A DNA stretch of 63,190 nt, counting the filler, from Globobulimina sp. (lineage: Eukaryota), in NCBI GenBank assembly GCA_003354225.1. It is 37 parts of 37 records of this genome, joined end to end, with 100 filler letters (N's around TTAATTAATTAA, not from the genome) between each part and the next. Parts side by side here need not be neighbours in the genome. Positions count along the whole stretch, not along the records: positions 1 to 1,613 come from PIVH01014113.1; positions 1,714 to 3,325 come from PIVH01014114.1; positions 3,426 to 5,037 come from PIVH01014115.1; positions 5,138 to 6,749 come from PIVH01014116.1; positions 6,850 to 8,461 come from PIVH01014117.1; positions 8,562 to 10,173 come from PIVH01014118.1; positions 10,274 to 11,885 come from PIVH01014119.1; positions 11,986 to 13,597 come from PIVH01014120.1; 29 more parts are not named here. The stretch is one strand, 5' to 3'. The position numbers and the translations under genes were made by a program. Positions 1-12,202 of the stretch are shown here, piece after piece. The notes beneath the pieces are model-generated. The model was not told the DNA's origin and did no database searches. It saw only the letters and a list, made by a program, of their open reading frames with translations. Numbering within the stretch: position 1 is the stretch's first letter; the number at the start of each line of letters is the position of its first letter.

Positions 1-22
1 GAAAACTACACATATCGAGAAC

Positions 23-1180
23 TTAAATGTCCGAAAAGACAATAGGGTGACTCTCAGCTGTCCCTCCTGTCTCCTTGTGCGTGAGATATCCGTTGATAAA
101 TACGCGGGGAATAAACATTTCCTGACAGTCAACTGTCCCTGTGGCGTCACCTATGGTGCCAATCTCAACTTCAGAAAACATTACCATTGTCAGCTTTGCT
201 GGCAACACACTTAATACTCTGTGTACTGCAGGTTTCCAATATCCATTTGTTAACACACCCATTAAACTGCCACTCATTACAAACAATGTATTTGGCGGAT
301 AATCGTCCATATCAATAGTAAACCATTTATGATTATATCTTATTTGAAAACCTTTGGTTGTATCCAATTTTAACATTGTAAACATATCTACATCATAATG
401 TATGCCATATCGATATACATAATCATTAATACTCGTATTATACACTTTATTTGTACCATCATCGTCAAATCCATAATAATACGCAAATTTTAAACCATTA
501 AAATATTCATTTCGTCGCAACAAATTTACCACATTGTGGCTGCTTTCATTTACACCCAATGAATACACTGCAACTTGGAAAATATAACTCAAAATATTGT
601 GATACTCATTCCATAAATCTTGAGCATTTGATCTGAATTCTTTTGGAATATTATTTGGTAGAAAGGCATTTGATGATTTATTTGAATTTGAAACAAGAAG
701 AAAGGATTCCATTGGCTCGTATGTTTGGTTCAAATTGGCCATATCGGCACTATCATCTTTTAATGCTGTATCGTGATAAAATGGCGCTGTGCAGTCATAT
801 TTATACGTTTGATTTTCTGATTTAAACGGTATCCAACCGGGTGATGGAAATCCGTTGGTATAAAACTGTTGTTTATATTCCATTGATGTATTTTCAAAAT
901 AATTTAAAATGTTTGAATGAGATTGGTCCAAAATCTTTTGACTTGCGATATTATTCACATGTATTGCAACAATGCCATATTTGTGCATTGACTCTGAGAA
1001 TGTAATCGAATCAATAATTTTTTGATTTAATGCTGATGCGGCAAAATCATATGAAGATAATGTAATTATTGGTGCAGTTAATGTGTCGTACGTCGATATA
1101 TTGTATTTTGGGTCGACCCCAGGGAATGATTGCCAAGATATTACCGAAAAGAATATGGTCACCACAAACCTGCACATCAT
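23..1180 (-). CDS. 2-oxoglutarate/Fe(II)-dependent oxygenase (IPNS/DIOX-like) with a signal-peptide-like N-terminus
   Basis: HxD motif GIHYDVDMFT, followed by GFQI, NGYWKPAVHRV (distal His) and a hydrophobic N-terminus. Confidence 0.85.
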   Translation of the reverse strand: MMCRFVVTIFFSVISWQSFPGVDPKYNISTYDTLTAPIITLSSYDFAASALNQKIIDSITFSESMHKYGIVAIHVNNIASQKILDQSHSNILNYFENTSMEYKQQFYTNGFPSPGWIPFKSENQTYKYDCTAPFYHDTALKDDSADMANLNQTYEPMESFLLVSNSNKSSNAFLPNNIPKEFRSNAQDLWNEYHNILSYIFQVAVYSLGVNESSHNVVNLLRRNEYFNGLKFAYYYGFDDDGTNKVYNTSINDYVYRYGIHYDVDMFTMLKLDTTKGFQIRYNHKWFTIDMDDYPPNTLFVMSGSLMGVLTNGYWKPAVHRVLSVLPAKLTMVMFSEVEIGTIGDATGTVDCQEMFIPRVFINGYLTHKETGGTAESHPIVFSDI

Positions 1181-1270
1181 TAATTAATTTAAGTGTGAAG
1201 GTTTTTTTTGTTTAATTAATTTGAGTGTGGATAGTGTGTAGTAAGTATCCTTGCACCTGTTTCAGAGAGA

Positions 1271-1613
1271 ATGAGTCTAGCAAATGAGAAGAATATTAGT
1301 ATAGAATTTGAGGTAGGATGGAAAATAATTTATGAAACTGGCATTCGCAGATTATTTGAGATAATTAATTCAGGAATGAAAGGTAAAATATCAAACCGTG
1401 AATTTGTAATAATTTACACAACCGTATATAACATGTGCTTACAAAACAAATCCTATCAACATTCACTTTATGACAGATTTTGTTCGACCATCCGTTCGCA
1501 TCTATTAAACGATGTAAAACCTGCAATATTCGATAATGACAAACACGGCGAATTCATACTACAGGAATTAGTGGAACAATATAGAAATTACAAGTTTTTA
1601 ATCAAATGGTTAA
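1271..1613 (+). CDS. Cullin N-terminal repeat (partial)
   Basis: EFEVGWKII, IYTTVYNMCLQ, LYDRF and EFILQELVEQYRNYK match the cullin-1-like N-terminus. Truncated by the contig end. Confidence 0.85.
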
Positions 1614-1713
1614 NNNNNNNNNNNNNNNNNNNNNNNNNNNNNNNNNNNNNNNNNNNNTTAATTAATTAANNNNNNNNNNNNNNNNNNNNNNNNNNNNNNN
1701 NNNNNNNNNNNNN
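1614..1713. other. Artificial contig linker N44-TTAATTAATTAA-N44 (first of 36 identical linkers)
   Basis: The same 100-bp block recurs about every 1.71 kb. The 12-mer has stops in all six frames, and contig lengths fall monotonically from 1613 to 1609 bp. Confidence 0.99.
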
Positions 1714-2170
1714 ACGGTCACACTCGAACTAGTTGTGAGTGATATGCCAGGTATTGTGGCCACTGTGTTTGGAGTTAAATGGATAGATTTGGTGAACGGT
1801 GGTTGGGAGGAAATGTTTGGCAGAAACGCATATACGATCCACACAATCTGCACTGTTAATGACAACATGGACAGGTTTGAGTGTTTCCAAGAGTCAGCAT
1901 GAACTAATATTATTTTAGTCCGTTTGTGGGATCCTTGGACAGTGAACTGAAGTTATTATTAGCTGTTGAAAATCTTAAATAAAACATCATGAAGAAGAAA
2001 GTGCAACTAATGCAAGATGCAGTGGATGATGCCTTACCAGGATCGTTTACAATGTTTAAAAACGATGGCTGTGTAGCCATGTTAAAGTAAGTAAGTAAGT
2101 ATGAAAAGAGTTTTTTCTGGTAAAATAGAAACGTACGTTGTTTGGTAAAAGTACATCAACCATCTGAAAT

Positions 2171-3121
2171 ATGGTAAAAGTATTGTTGAAATATAAATGT
2201 ATGAAGTATCAACCATCTGCAGCAAAAAGTGTATTTGTTATTATTTGTATGGGTTTGTTTTCTTTGTTGCTCGGCTCTTCGTTATTATTTGTATTGCCTC
2301 CTGGAAAAAATGCCTCTGAACAATTATTTTTAGACAAAACAGAAGAAACAAACTCTTCGGCTGTAAGCAATTTAAATGCAGAAAGAAGAAATTCGTCAAA
2401 ACATATATGTGATTTTTTGAATGTAAAAGGAATACCCAAATCCGGCACAACTTGGTTGGAAACAACATTAAACATAATACGAGATACTGTGTGCCATAAA
2501 TCTATGGCTCATTCGTTGTTTATCTGTCATTCGAATTCAAGCGTCAATATTTGGACTAAACACCGACCAACAGCACATCCAAAAATTTTAAAGAAACGAT
2601 GGTGTCATATTGTCACATTTAGAGATCCAAGAAATCGAATAATATCATTTTTTTATACGTATGCGCATAGAATAAAAAAAAATAAATTTAATGCATATGT
2701 ACGAAGGGAATTTGATAAGGCAATAAATGAACTGTTGAGATGGTGGCATTTTTTTGTTAAACAAGAACAAAAAGAGCCGTCGTTATTTTTTAAATATTTT
2801 TATGAACACTATTTATTGGATTCATTTGATATTATTCAACGAATGACATCTTTTATTGGTTTCGATAATATTTTAAATGAGAATGATTTAAAGAAAATTT
2901 CAAGTTTAGTGGAATGGGAAAATATGTCATTATATGGATATCATTCAAAGCGTAGCCAATACAGTTTATTGAATAGCAATAGAACCAAAAATAGTGTTTG
3001 TAAATTCTATGAATATATGGATGTGGATCTCATTAATTTTGTTAATAAAAAAATGATCAAAATAAAAGAAAATTCTATGGAGTTATTTGACATTCTTGAT
3101 GCGTTTTGTCCAATTATTTAA
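2171..3121 (+). CDS. Golgi-type (type II membrane) sulfotransferase
   Basis: N-terminal TM segment, 5'-PSB motif GIPKSGTTW and 3'-PB motif FRDPRNRIIS. Confidence 0.85.
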   Translation: MVKVLLKYKCMKYQPSAAKSVFVIICMGLFSLLLGSSLLFVLPPGKNASEQLFLDKTEETNSSAVSNLNAERRNSSKHICDFLNVKGIPKSGTTWLETTLNIIRDTVCHKSMAHSLFICHSNSSVNIWTKHRPTAHPKILKKRWCHIVTFRDPRNRIISFFYTYAHRIKKNKFNAYVRREFDKAINELLRWWHFFVKQEQKEPSLFFKYFYEHYLLDSFDIIQRMTSFIGFDNILNENDLKKISSLVEWENMSLYGYHSKRSQYSLLNSNRTKNSVCKFYEYMDVDLINFVNKKMIKIKENSMELFDILDAFCPII

Positions 3122-3425
3122 ATCTTTTTTCTTTTTTCTTTTTTTCTTTTTTCTATTCAATCCGTGGTGGTTTATTTTTTTTTATTTTAATTCATTTGGT
3201 GGTGTTGTATCACCACAGCACCGATGGATAGTCTCATTGCTTGCAAATGTTAAAAAAAATATGTTAGAAACGAATAGCATGTCAACGTGACAAACAACCG
3301 CTATCAAGCAACATCAAAGAGTACANNNNNNNNNNNNNNNNNNNNNNNNNNNNNNNNNNNNNNNNNNNNTTAATTAATTAANNNNNNNNNNNNNNNNNNN
3401 NNNNNNNNNNNNNNNNNNNNNNNNN

Positions 3426-3813
3426 AGGGGAGACCGCCGGGGTTGGAACCGATTAATTGTCGACGGGTAGGTGGGATTATGGAGTTTATAGGATAAGTGA
3501 CTGTGATTTGAGAGAAATCCGCATCGGTTAAGAAGTTATATTGTTTATGCTTATATTGGAGAATAAATCCGGGCTTCGTTTCGTTTATATGGATACATAA
3601 AGCAGCAAATTGTTTTGTGCAGGCTTTGGTTGATAGAGTGTCGGGCGTGGTGCTCCAATCCCAATTGTTTGGATCGTTTAGTATGAAATCATAGGATTTG
3701 AAATAGAGTGTGTATTGGGTTGGATCAAATGTTTGTGTCTGGTGGGTTGGATGGATGCATTGAGAGAGCCATATTGTGGCGTAAATTAGAAACGGTATAA
3801 TGATTTTAGTCAT
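3426..3813 (-). CDS. Hypothetical secreted protein (partial)
   Basis: MTKIIIPFLIYATIWLSQC signal-like start; the frame stays open to the contig edge. Confidence 0.5.
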
Positions 3814-3982
3814 TGATTGTTTATTGGTAAGCCATGCAAAGAGTGTATCTTTTTTTGTTTTTGGGTTAAGTGTTTTCAAAAAAGCCAAAATGGCGTTAAT
3901 GCAGACATTGAGAACATGTACATGCAGACATTGAAAAAAACAGAAGTTGGATACACAAGCACGTAATGTAAATGTTGCATTA

Positions 3983-5037
3983 TTATACATTATTTATCAC
4001 ATTCTCGACTGAGATTTGCATTTCTTGAATATCAGCATTATTATTAAGTGTCTCGAAGCATACTTTTGCCTTTGATTCGCTAATAGATATATTCTGACAT
4101 ACTTTCATTTTATGAAATAGCTTATCATCTCTTGTGAATTCAACATCATACACTTCGGACCAAGTCTCTTCATTTGATATTTTCGAGAAATTGAATGTAA
4201 TTTCTTGGCTATTTGTACGTTGCTTCAATTGTATAATTATATCATTATCATCTTTAACAACACAAATATTTCCTCCTTTTAGCAATCTATCATTACATTC
4301 CGGTCCCTCATTATTCCAAATCCATGCAGATGTTGTAAAATATTTACAATTATCATCCTCTATATCTCCCAACAGTGTATGTTTCGCAACATTGTAATCC
4401 AAAGTGATGGATGCATCCAAATAATAATAAGTTAAACAAATATCTTTAGAATCTATTATGACACATTTTTGTATTATTTTATATTCCCTTTCATCAATAC
4501 CGTTTCTATCGTTATCATTCATCATTCTTCTCTTTGTATGCGGCTTTCCTTTATGTGTAACTACATGGATTGTTTGACCGCCGCCCATTCCACCCATGCC
4601 ACCCATACCTCCCATTCCACTCATTCCCATTGCACCCATTCCACCCATGCCACCCATGCCACTCATACCTCCCATACCTCCCATCATTGGAGCCATCATT
4701 CCCCTTCCACCCATTCCCATTCCTCCCATACAACCCATCATTACTCCCCTACCGCCCATTCCCATACGACCCATCATTCCGGGTCCGATGCTACGTATAC
4801 ATAAAATAAATATATATAGAACATAATTAATCTGCACACATAAAATACATACAACATATATCCTGGATATTTATTGCCGCATTTACGACGCCTACAACGC
4901 GTACGCTTTCTACGTTGACGAGGTGGTGCTATATATATATTATTTCAATATGTTGCCTGTGATTTATATGTAAATTAAACATACAGATAATTCTTGGTGG
5001 TCCCAACACTGTGGTACATAATGCATTAAAACAAAAA
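3983..5037 (-). CDS. Gly/Met-rich repeat protein with a basic Arg/Cys segment, 3 exons (5' partial)
   Basis: GT-AG introns at 4929-4984 and 4791-4852 join FCFNALCTTVLGPPRIISPPRQRRKRTRCRRRKCGNKYPGYMF in frame to the (GGM)n repeats and a Cys-containing C-terminal domain. Confidence 0.7.
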
Positions 5038-5802
5038 NNNNNNNNNNNNNNNNNNNNNNNNNNNNNNNNNNNNNNNNNNNNTTAATTAATTAANNNNNNN
5101 NNNNNNNNNNNNNNNNNNNNNNNNNNNNNNNNNNNNNGGACATAATGTGAATAATAATCTTTAAATATTAAATAAGAGCTACAATGCATAGCAAATCCTT
5201 TTTTTCTCTTCTTTTTTCCTTATTTTTTTTATGAAAATGTCTTGTATTGCACTCATAGAATGACCCTCATGTATTTGTATGTGTTTTTGTTGTTTTGTTT
5301 GTGCATAAAAAAAAAATTAATAAAAATTATATAAATATTACCTTAGTGTTTATTTTTATTCATAAACAGTGTCGGAATAAATGTATCTGTATATATTGTT
5401 TTGTATATTGATATGTCGATGTGTATATGTCATTGTTTTGGTTTGCTTTGTAAAACTATATAATAATAACTAATATTTGTACATGTCACGTTTGTACATG
5501 TCTGTTGTCCCGAAATTGTTGCTTAAAATTCTTGCTTTCAGGTTATCCTCGCACAGCAGGACGATGCTGATAACATTGCCATACAGGATCCAAAAATCAG
5601 GGAAAGTGATAAATTATCTTCTTCAAAACACTAAGAAATCAAAGTTACAGTAGCTGTTCGTTACTATTATCCATGCAGTTTAGTGCAGAAAATGACATCA
5701 AAATTTTCAGAAAATAAGTACATTCACAAACTATATTGACAACAAACACAATTAAATTACAACTATTAATAGTCAATATTTCATATTTCTTTTCATTTCA
5801 TT

Positions 5803-6470
5803 TCAAAAACTTAATAAAAAATAGGTAGCGCCGCCACCTCGATCGGCAAAACACATTATCAAACACATAAAGCCGGCAAAAACCTGCACGAATCCAATCA
5901 CAATGCCAGCTTTCCCACAATACGGCAATGCCGCAAACAAAATCATCACTAAATGGAACAATAAACATCGAATCCATGATCCACTCACAAAATACCACGA
6001 CGTTGAACAAAACATTTGCATCATAGCTATTAAGCCAAATAACATCGGTGTCCAATTCGTAAAAAAATAACTCGGACGAAATGTAAAAACTGTATACAAA
6101 CACAAAAACACATAAAAATATGCGTACATTGAGCCACAAGCCACAAATCGAAATATTACCTGTACGCCATGGCCAATTAAATGAAGCAGTCTCATCATAA
6201 AAAGTGCCCATTTCCCAAAATAAAGATTCTCCCAAACAGCCACTGTAAATATCGGGATCACAGACCTCCAATGCTTCCGCGAGTAAAATAAACTGAATAA
6301 TGCCTAATATGAGTTGACCGACAGCTGCCACGCCAGTCGCGATTTGGGCTAAGCCAATAAAGCCACCGCCACACTCAACATTGGGGGAACAGTCACATTC
6401 TACGACCGGGGCACCGCCACCGCCACCGGCGTTGCTTTGCTTTTTGGGCTTGGCCTTTTTTTTCTTTTTT
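5803..6470 (-). CDS. Multi-pass membrane protein of unknown function (start uncertain)
   Basis: A GT-AG intron at 6090-6159 joins two ORF-track frames (WPWRT/VFTFRPSYFFTNWTPMLFGL). About 4-5 hydrophobic segments. Confidence 0.6.
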
Positions 6471-6564
6471 TGCTCTTAATTTTTTTTTTTGTTTTACCCA
6501 ATAGATTTTTTATTCAATGCATGACATAATTTGAGAAAAACAACAAAAAACCTTGCCTGACAAC

Positions 6565-6749
6565 ATGGCATCTGAAGAACAGCGCGACCTTAAAAAGGGT
6601 TTACTAAAAAAAGACAAATTAGAATTAGTCAAAATCTTAAAATCAAAGAACCAGCCAATCAATGGAACCAAAGGTGATATGGTAGATAGAATTCTATCAT
6701 ACGATGAAAAACATGGCGGTAAAATGGCACGTAAAGCAACGCGAGAACA
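6565..6749 (+). CDS. SAP-domain protein (partial)
   Basis: ELVKILKSKNQPINGTKGDMVDRIL fits the SAP helix-extension-helix consensus. Confidence 0.6.
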
Positions 6750-6849
6750 NNNNNNNNNNNNNNNNNNNNNNNNNNNNNNNNNNNNNNNNNNNNTTAATTA
6801 ATTAANNNNNNNNNNNNNNNNNNNNNNNNNNNNNNNNNNNNNNNNNNNN

Positions 6850-7375
6850 TCGGTACTACAAGTTATTTGATATGAACCATCATATTGTACTGTACCTAAA
6901 CCACCCATAACATCTTGTAATGATACACATTCATTTGCTACAATTGCTGTTTCAAAATACCAACCTACTGCTGTACAACCCGAATTGTCATAGGTTGTAA
7001 TTTTCGCATATCCACAGGCTGAACCACCACAATTTGTAGCATAGACGCTAGTAATTGCAGAAGAGAGACCTGATGTCGTATACTTTGTTCCTAAACATTG
7101 AGCATTGTCTGCATATGTCCGAACCTCCACTGTATTATTGTCGGTGCATGCCCATAAATATGAACTTTCAACACCATAATTGAAACCTTTAGGAGTGGTT
7201 ATACGTAGTAATGCATTTAATGACTGTGCGTATATACATATTACATACTTCCGGTACAAACATCCAATGGATAGAATGGTAAGCCCGCACTTGAAAGGGA
7301 GTTACATCTTTCTGCTGTTACATGAGATAATTGAATCAATGTAATTAATACACGTACACCAATCAGTAGTATCAT
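6850..7375 (-). CDS. Secreted Cys-rich surface protein (partial, one intron)
   Basis: Signal-like MILLIGVRVLITLIQLSHVTA, then YPLDVCTG, an intron, and a Cys-spaced region (SYLWAC...YADNAQC; SYQITC). Confidence 0.6.
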
Positions 7376-7691
7376 TCTCTTTCAGTCAATGTGAAAGAAA
7401 AAGAAATTTATGTGCAAGGATCTACAAAAAACACTTTTCTTGAAACGTTTTTTTTTGAAAGAGCCACAGTTGCAACGTTCGTGCAAAATTCTAGTGCTCA
7501 TCCCTTTTTTTTGTATCATAGGTTTCCAGTTAAATTGAATATGGCGTTCAACCCATATTAAGCCCAAATTTGGATTCTTATCAATTACGCTCCGTGGGAA
7601 CCGTGTTAAAAAATGAGGTATAGCATATGGTTGCAACTCACTCAAAGGACACTAAAAATAAGAAGTTTGATAATTGTACAACAATATATTA

Positions 7692-8461
7692 TTACTTGGA
7701 GGAATTTTTATTATTGAGTTCATTTTCTAATCGTTGAATCTCTTTTTGATGCTCGTTGTCCATTTTTCGCATATCTTTATTCAATTTAACATTTTGTTGA
7801 ATGAGTGCATCAATTCTTTCCTTTGAGCGTTTTCATTGTTTTTTTAATTTCATATGTTTATTATGCAATTCAATGACTTTATGCTGCCAATCTGGTCCTG
7901 GTCCATCACTCACATTGTTATCCATTTCTTTTTCATCATCACCATTATCCACAGCATTCACAGCATTCGCATTATTCGCAAATTTAAATGTTTTTGCAAT
8001 CTTGCGAATTATTGCCGCGTCCGCCAGAGAACTTGATCGGATATGTTTTGTTTGTCCCATCACGCCCATAATGATCGATAATTTAATGTCCCAATAATGT
8101 TTAGTATCAATTTCAAACAAATGAACATGTCCATCGCGTGATTTTACTGCATAAAATTTGCCCTTCTTTGGACATTTTATATCGCCTATATACACATTAT
8201 ACATTATACACATTTGTACACAGTACACAGTACACACAAAATTGAACAAATTATAAATCAAATAACTTTTTGTCCACTCAAATGTAATTAAATTTAATAT
8301 CCATATTTCGTCTTTTAATCCAGTTTTGGTTTTCCCACCAAAAATAATAATATGCCTCTCATTTTTTGTTTTAATATAACCAAAATTAGACATTTTATGT
8401 GGCATAGCTACGTTTTCTAAATATTTCCATTTTATGCTCGGAACAGTATCACAGAGACATA
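7692..8461 (-). pseudogene. Kelch-repeat protein with a C-terminal coiled coil interrupted by an in-frame TGA (7833-7835)
   Basis: Kelch motif IIIFGG...DEIWILNLITFEW. The coiled-coil frame continues past the TGA (KKQ*KRSKERIDALIQQN...) to a TAA at 7692-7694. Confidence 0.55.
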
Positions 8462-8824
8462 NNNNNNNNNNNNNNNNNNNNNNNNNNNNNNNNNNNNNNN
8501 NNNNNTTAATTAATTAANNNNNNNNNNNNNNNNNNNNNNNNNNNNNNNNNNNNNNNNNNNNAATAAAGTTGTTTTAAATTAATATGATCCAGATAGAACA
8601 GAATCGGTGGGAATGAAACCAGCCACAAGACAGACAACAGAGATAAAAAGATACGCATCTCCATCTGCAGGCTTCTTCCCTGTTACAGTCGACATTGTAA
8701 TTCATTTATCCCTCCGATTAGCATTAGTGGCATCAATAAGTCGTGATTTAATGTGAAATTACAGTTTAAAAATGTAACTCGCGGACATTGGAATTTTTGT
8801 TGGTAAAATAATGGAATTTGGTTG

Positions 8825-10110
8825 TCATAAAAGTTGACTCTCAAATAAAATGCCAGACGCTTTTGTCACTGCGACCAATGAATATGATGCATCATCTCTT
8901 ACTTTTTGGAATCCATAAATATGGCTATTCTGAATGCTAAATCCATGATAATATTCATCCTCAAAATTGCTAATATAAAATAACTGGCCATCAGCCATTA
9001 CCATACCATTCGATGTAAAGTGACATTGATTAATCAACACATTTGCTTCTGAAAAATAACAAGACGAGGAATTGAACAAAGTATCACTTATTTCGACATT
9101 TAAACATTGGAACAACAATCTGCCACCGCCGCTATCTGCAGAATTATTAATAAATTCATTGTCGGATATCGCAATCCTTTGCAACGTTGACACTTTTTTA
9201 GAGCATCCAACACCGGACGCCGCTAATAAGTTGAATGCAAAATCAATGTGAATGGCAGAGCCCTGCGGAGCTTTATTATTTATCCACGTATTATTCTCAA
9301 ACATTATGTCATGTCCATACAACTCAGCATCCTCAGCATAGCCTCTTCGCCAAAACCATACTGAGCCGCCCACATTCTTTGCCTCGTTGCCTTTGAATAA
9401 CTTACTTTCAATCCGCACAAAAGCAGAATATATCGATTGCAAATATGCAGCCTCCTAAGAATGCGGCATTATTCCCTTCAAACTTAGATTCAGTGATATT
9501 GACTGTGGCATTATTTCCAATGAACAGAACGCCCGCCGACAAAGCTAAAAAATAACAATATAAATTACAAGAAAAGAAATATTTCATTCAATTAACATAC
9601 AAGCTTTGTTATTGCTGAAATTTGATTGCTCGATGCTCAGTGTGCCCCAATTAAAATATATTGCAGCTACATCTGACTCAGCATAAAGAATGTTAATTTC
9701 ATCCAAAATCACTTGACTTTGACTTTCTTCATTGCAAAATAAAAAGGCACTTGTTCTGTTTGTACATATTTATAATATGTACATATCAGATATTATTCAT
9801 GTACAACATACTGGCTTTCGCAGCAGAAATAGTACACTGACTTACGTCCACTTGAACAGATTTATTGTAATCACTATTTAGCAGAATCACGCCGCCATTG
9901 TCGATCTGTGTGTAATGTATGACAAATAAAATAAAATAAAATAAATAAACACAAACATACAACATACAAATTGCAGAGTCGCCACTCGCCAGTCGATGCA
10001 CAATCTGTTAGATACGCATCGCTTATCTACCCTGCCTTTGCTTTGTTGTATGACGACTGGACTTTGACCATTTGCAACGAGGCACCGCTATCCATCAGAA
10101 ACAGTCCACC
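8825..10110 (-). pseudogene. Right-handed beta-helix (pectin-lyase/PMP-like) repeat protein, multi-exon and frameshifted
   Basis: Repeated F-x-x-N-x-A...GG motifs (FEGNNAAFLGGCIF; FKGNEAKNVGGSVW; FINNSADSGGG), with a frame change near 9430. Confidence 0.6.
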
Positions 10111-10273
10111 TGCAACTAAATATAAATGAGTATATAGATAAAATATCAACACTCAAACAATAAACACAAATTCNNNNNNNNNNNNNNNNNNNNNNNNNNN
10201 NNNNNNNNNNNNNNNNNTTAATTAATTAANNNNNNNNNNNNNNNNNNNNNNNNNNNNNNNNNNNNNNNNNNNN

Positions 10274-10470
10274 AGACTCATCAAACCTTTGGCAAATAAT
10301 TGTGGATCACTCATCAAACCTTGCAATTCCGCAGATGACATTGATAAAGACTGCGGTTTGACTGCGTCATGTTTGATAAACAAATCTTTAACATCTTCCA
10401 ATCCATTCTTATTGATCCACGCATCGAAATTGAATGCGGTGCCTTCACCTTCATTACTTGTGTGCAGCAT
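10274..10470 (-). CDS. SAM-like domain protein (partial)
   Basis: FDAWINKNGLEDVKDLFIKH resembles the first helices of a SAM domain. Confidence 0.45.
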
Positions 10471-10621
10471 GTTTCAGAACTGACTTTAAGTAAATTTACA
10501 ACATCAAAAACTTTTTGTTTACTGTGAACAACTCAAAATTATGGTCATAAAAAAGGTATACTGTATGTTAACGTATATATAACCTTTTCAACTAAAAAAT
10601 AAAAGATGTATTTTACAAAAT

Positions 10622-10980
10622 TTAAATGTACATCCAATCAAAAGGAACCATATAACAATGTTGCCCACAATATGAAGTATATAACAATCCGTCTTCGTCC
10701 TTATACTCTGTATGTATTTCAGACACCTTTCCGGTTGAAGGTAATGTATTGTTTACAAAACAAAATATGGCTTTTTCCGGTGCCACTTGTAATAGTTTCC
10801 GAATTACATAAACAAATTTGCCAACAGTTAGATCTGCTGGCACCAAATATATTTTTTTTATGTAAACCCTGGAATATAAGTTCGTGGTTGCGGCTCACAA
10901 ATAACCTGTTTATTAATCATTAATCCACAACAACTGCAACATATTAATATTACTCAACAGGTATTCGATTCTGATTCCTC
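10622..10980 (-). pseudogene. ATG8: ATG8/GABARAP pseudogene
   Basis: NRIP[intron]VICE and [17 protein letters not shown]...[13 protein letters not shown]...YKDEDGLLY match ATG8. There are a frameshift and a stop near 10847-10870, and the C-terminal ENTFG is lost. Confidence 0.85.
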
Positions 10981-11543
10981 TTTCCTTTTTTAAAATTTAA
11001 ACAGTATCACTGCTTTTTGCGCAACATATTCCTCAGTTATCCAATCTATAACTCCTCGAAATGTCGGTGACAAACTAGTCCAACCATGCCGGTGATAATA
11101 TCATATTCCATTCACTTTGTTCGTCTTCATCATGCAACGATTGCAACCACAAAATTCACATTTCTTAATATTTTAGTGACATCAACGTCTTGTGTTTGAT
11201 CACCAAACAGCAGTTTAATAATATAGTTTATCAATTGGTTGTTAATTGTTATTTGTATAATGTGATTGTTTGTGCTGGCGGCAATTTAATTAATTCAAAT
11301 TCAAAGACATGCTATGCCTTCCTAAAAAGATACTACAATAACTACATACCAATATCAATGATCAATTATTTTCCAATGGTGTCAAAGTTTCTTTTCTTTC
11401 TTTTTATAAAAAACATGTGGATTATAAAAAGAGACACAAAAATAGATTTTTATTTAACTAAAAAACTCCAACTTAGTAACAAATCATTGCGTCATCGTTC
11501 TTCCGTATACCAGCAATCACTTTTGAATAGAATTCACATTAAC

Positions 11544-11885
11544 ATGGACATGGACGTCCTAACACATGGAACAGATACAACCACGTCAGAAAACAATGCC
11601 GTTCCATCAGAACCAGAAGAAATAAAAAAGGCATGGTATTTAAACTGGCAAACATGGTTGAAAATATTTATATTATTAGTGGTGATTACATTTTTAGTGC
11701 TGGCCATTGTTTTCGGCAAAACTACACTTAAAATATTAACTGCATTTTTAGATTGGATGCAGGAAAATGCAGCAGCGGGCTCCTTTGCTTTCATTGGTCT
11801 GTATTGGTTTTGCACAATAATGTTCATCCCTGGCTCTGTATTGACCCTCGGCGCAGGTTTTGTATTTCGCGCAGTGGCTGGACCG
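11544..11885 (+). CDS. TVP38/TMEM64 (DedA/VTT, SNARE-associated) membrane protein (partial)
   Basis: FLDWMQEN...GSFAFIGLY...MFIPGSVLTLGAGFVF is the typical VTT-domain start. Confidence 0.85.
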
Positions 11886-12031
11886 NNNNNNNNNNNNNNN
11901 NNNNNNNNNNNNNNNNNNNNNNNNNNNNNTTAATTAATTAANNNNNNNNNNNNNNNNNNNNNNNNNNNNNNNNNNNNNNNNNNNNGACCATGGTTGTCAA
12001 GGTTAGCAAGGTAAAACAAGTTTACATATCG

Positions 12032-12077
12032 ATGACTAGCTCACTTCTTTGAAGTTTTCTTGAAGTGAGCTAGTCAT
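12032..12077. repeat. Perfect 16-bp inverted repeat (hairpin with a 14-nt loop)
   Basis: ATGACTAGCTCACTTC at 12032-12047 is the exact reverse complement of GAAGTGAGCTAGTCAT at 12062-12077. Confidence 0.95.
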
Positions 12078-12112
12078 AACAAATCTTATTAATCTCATCA
12101 GACTTAGGTATG

Positions 12113-12202
12113 AGCACACTAACTCTTTCGTCATTTGGCTTGCTTTTTTGATTGTTGTATTGTGTGTGTGTTGTATCAATCAGGCAGGTCCTAAAAGGAA
12201 AG
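12113..12202 (+). repeat. Dispersed repeat A, copy 1 (second copy at 37112-37193)
   Basis: AGCACACTAACT(c/a)TTTCGTCATTTG...GTGTTGTATCAATCAG..AGGT.CTAAAAGGAAAG is shared by two unrelated contigs. Confidence 0.85.

Noticed and set aside
1714-2089. Gene tail with a possible read-through TAA at 1980-1982
   Set aside because: No recognisable family, and the TAA may simply be the true stop.
4469-4826. His-, Pro- and Trp-rich ORFs overlapping the GGM repeat
   Set aside because: They are shadow frames of the same low-complexity repeat.
7833-7835. Selenocysteine at the kelch-protein TGA
   Set aside because: It lies in a coiled coil with no redox motif, and I saw no SECIS-like pattern downstream.
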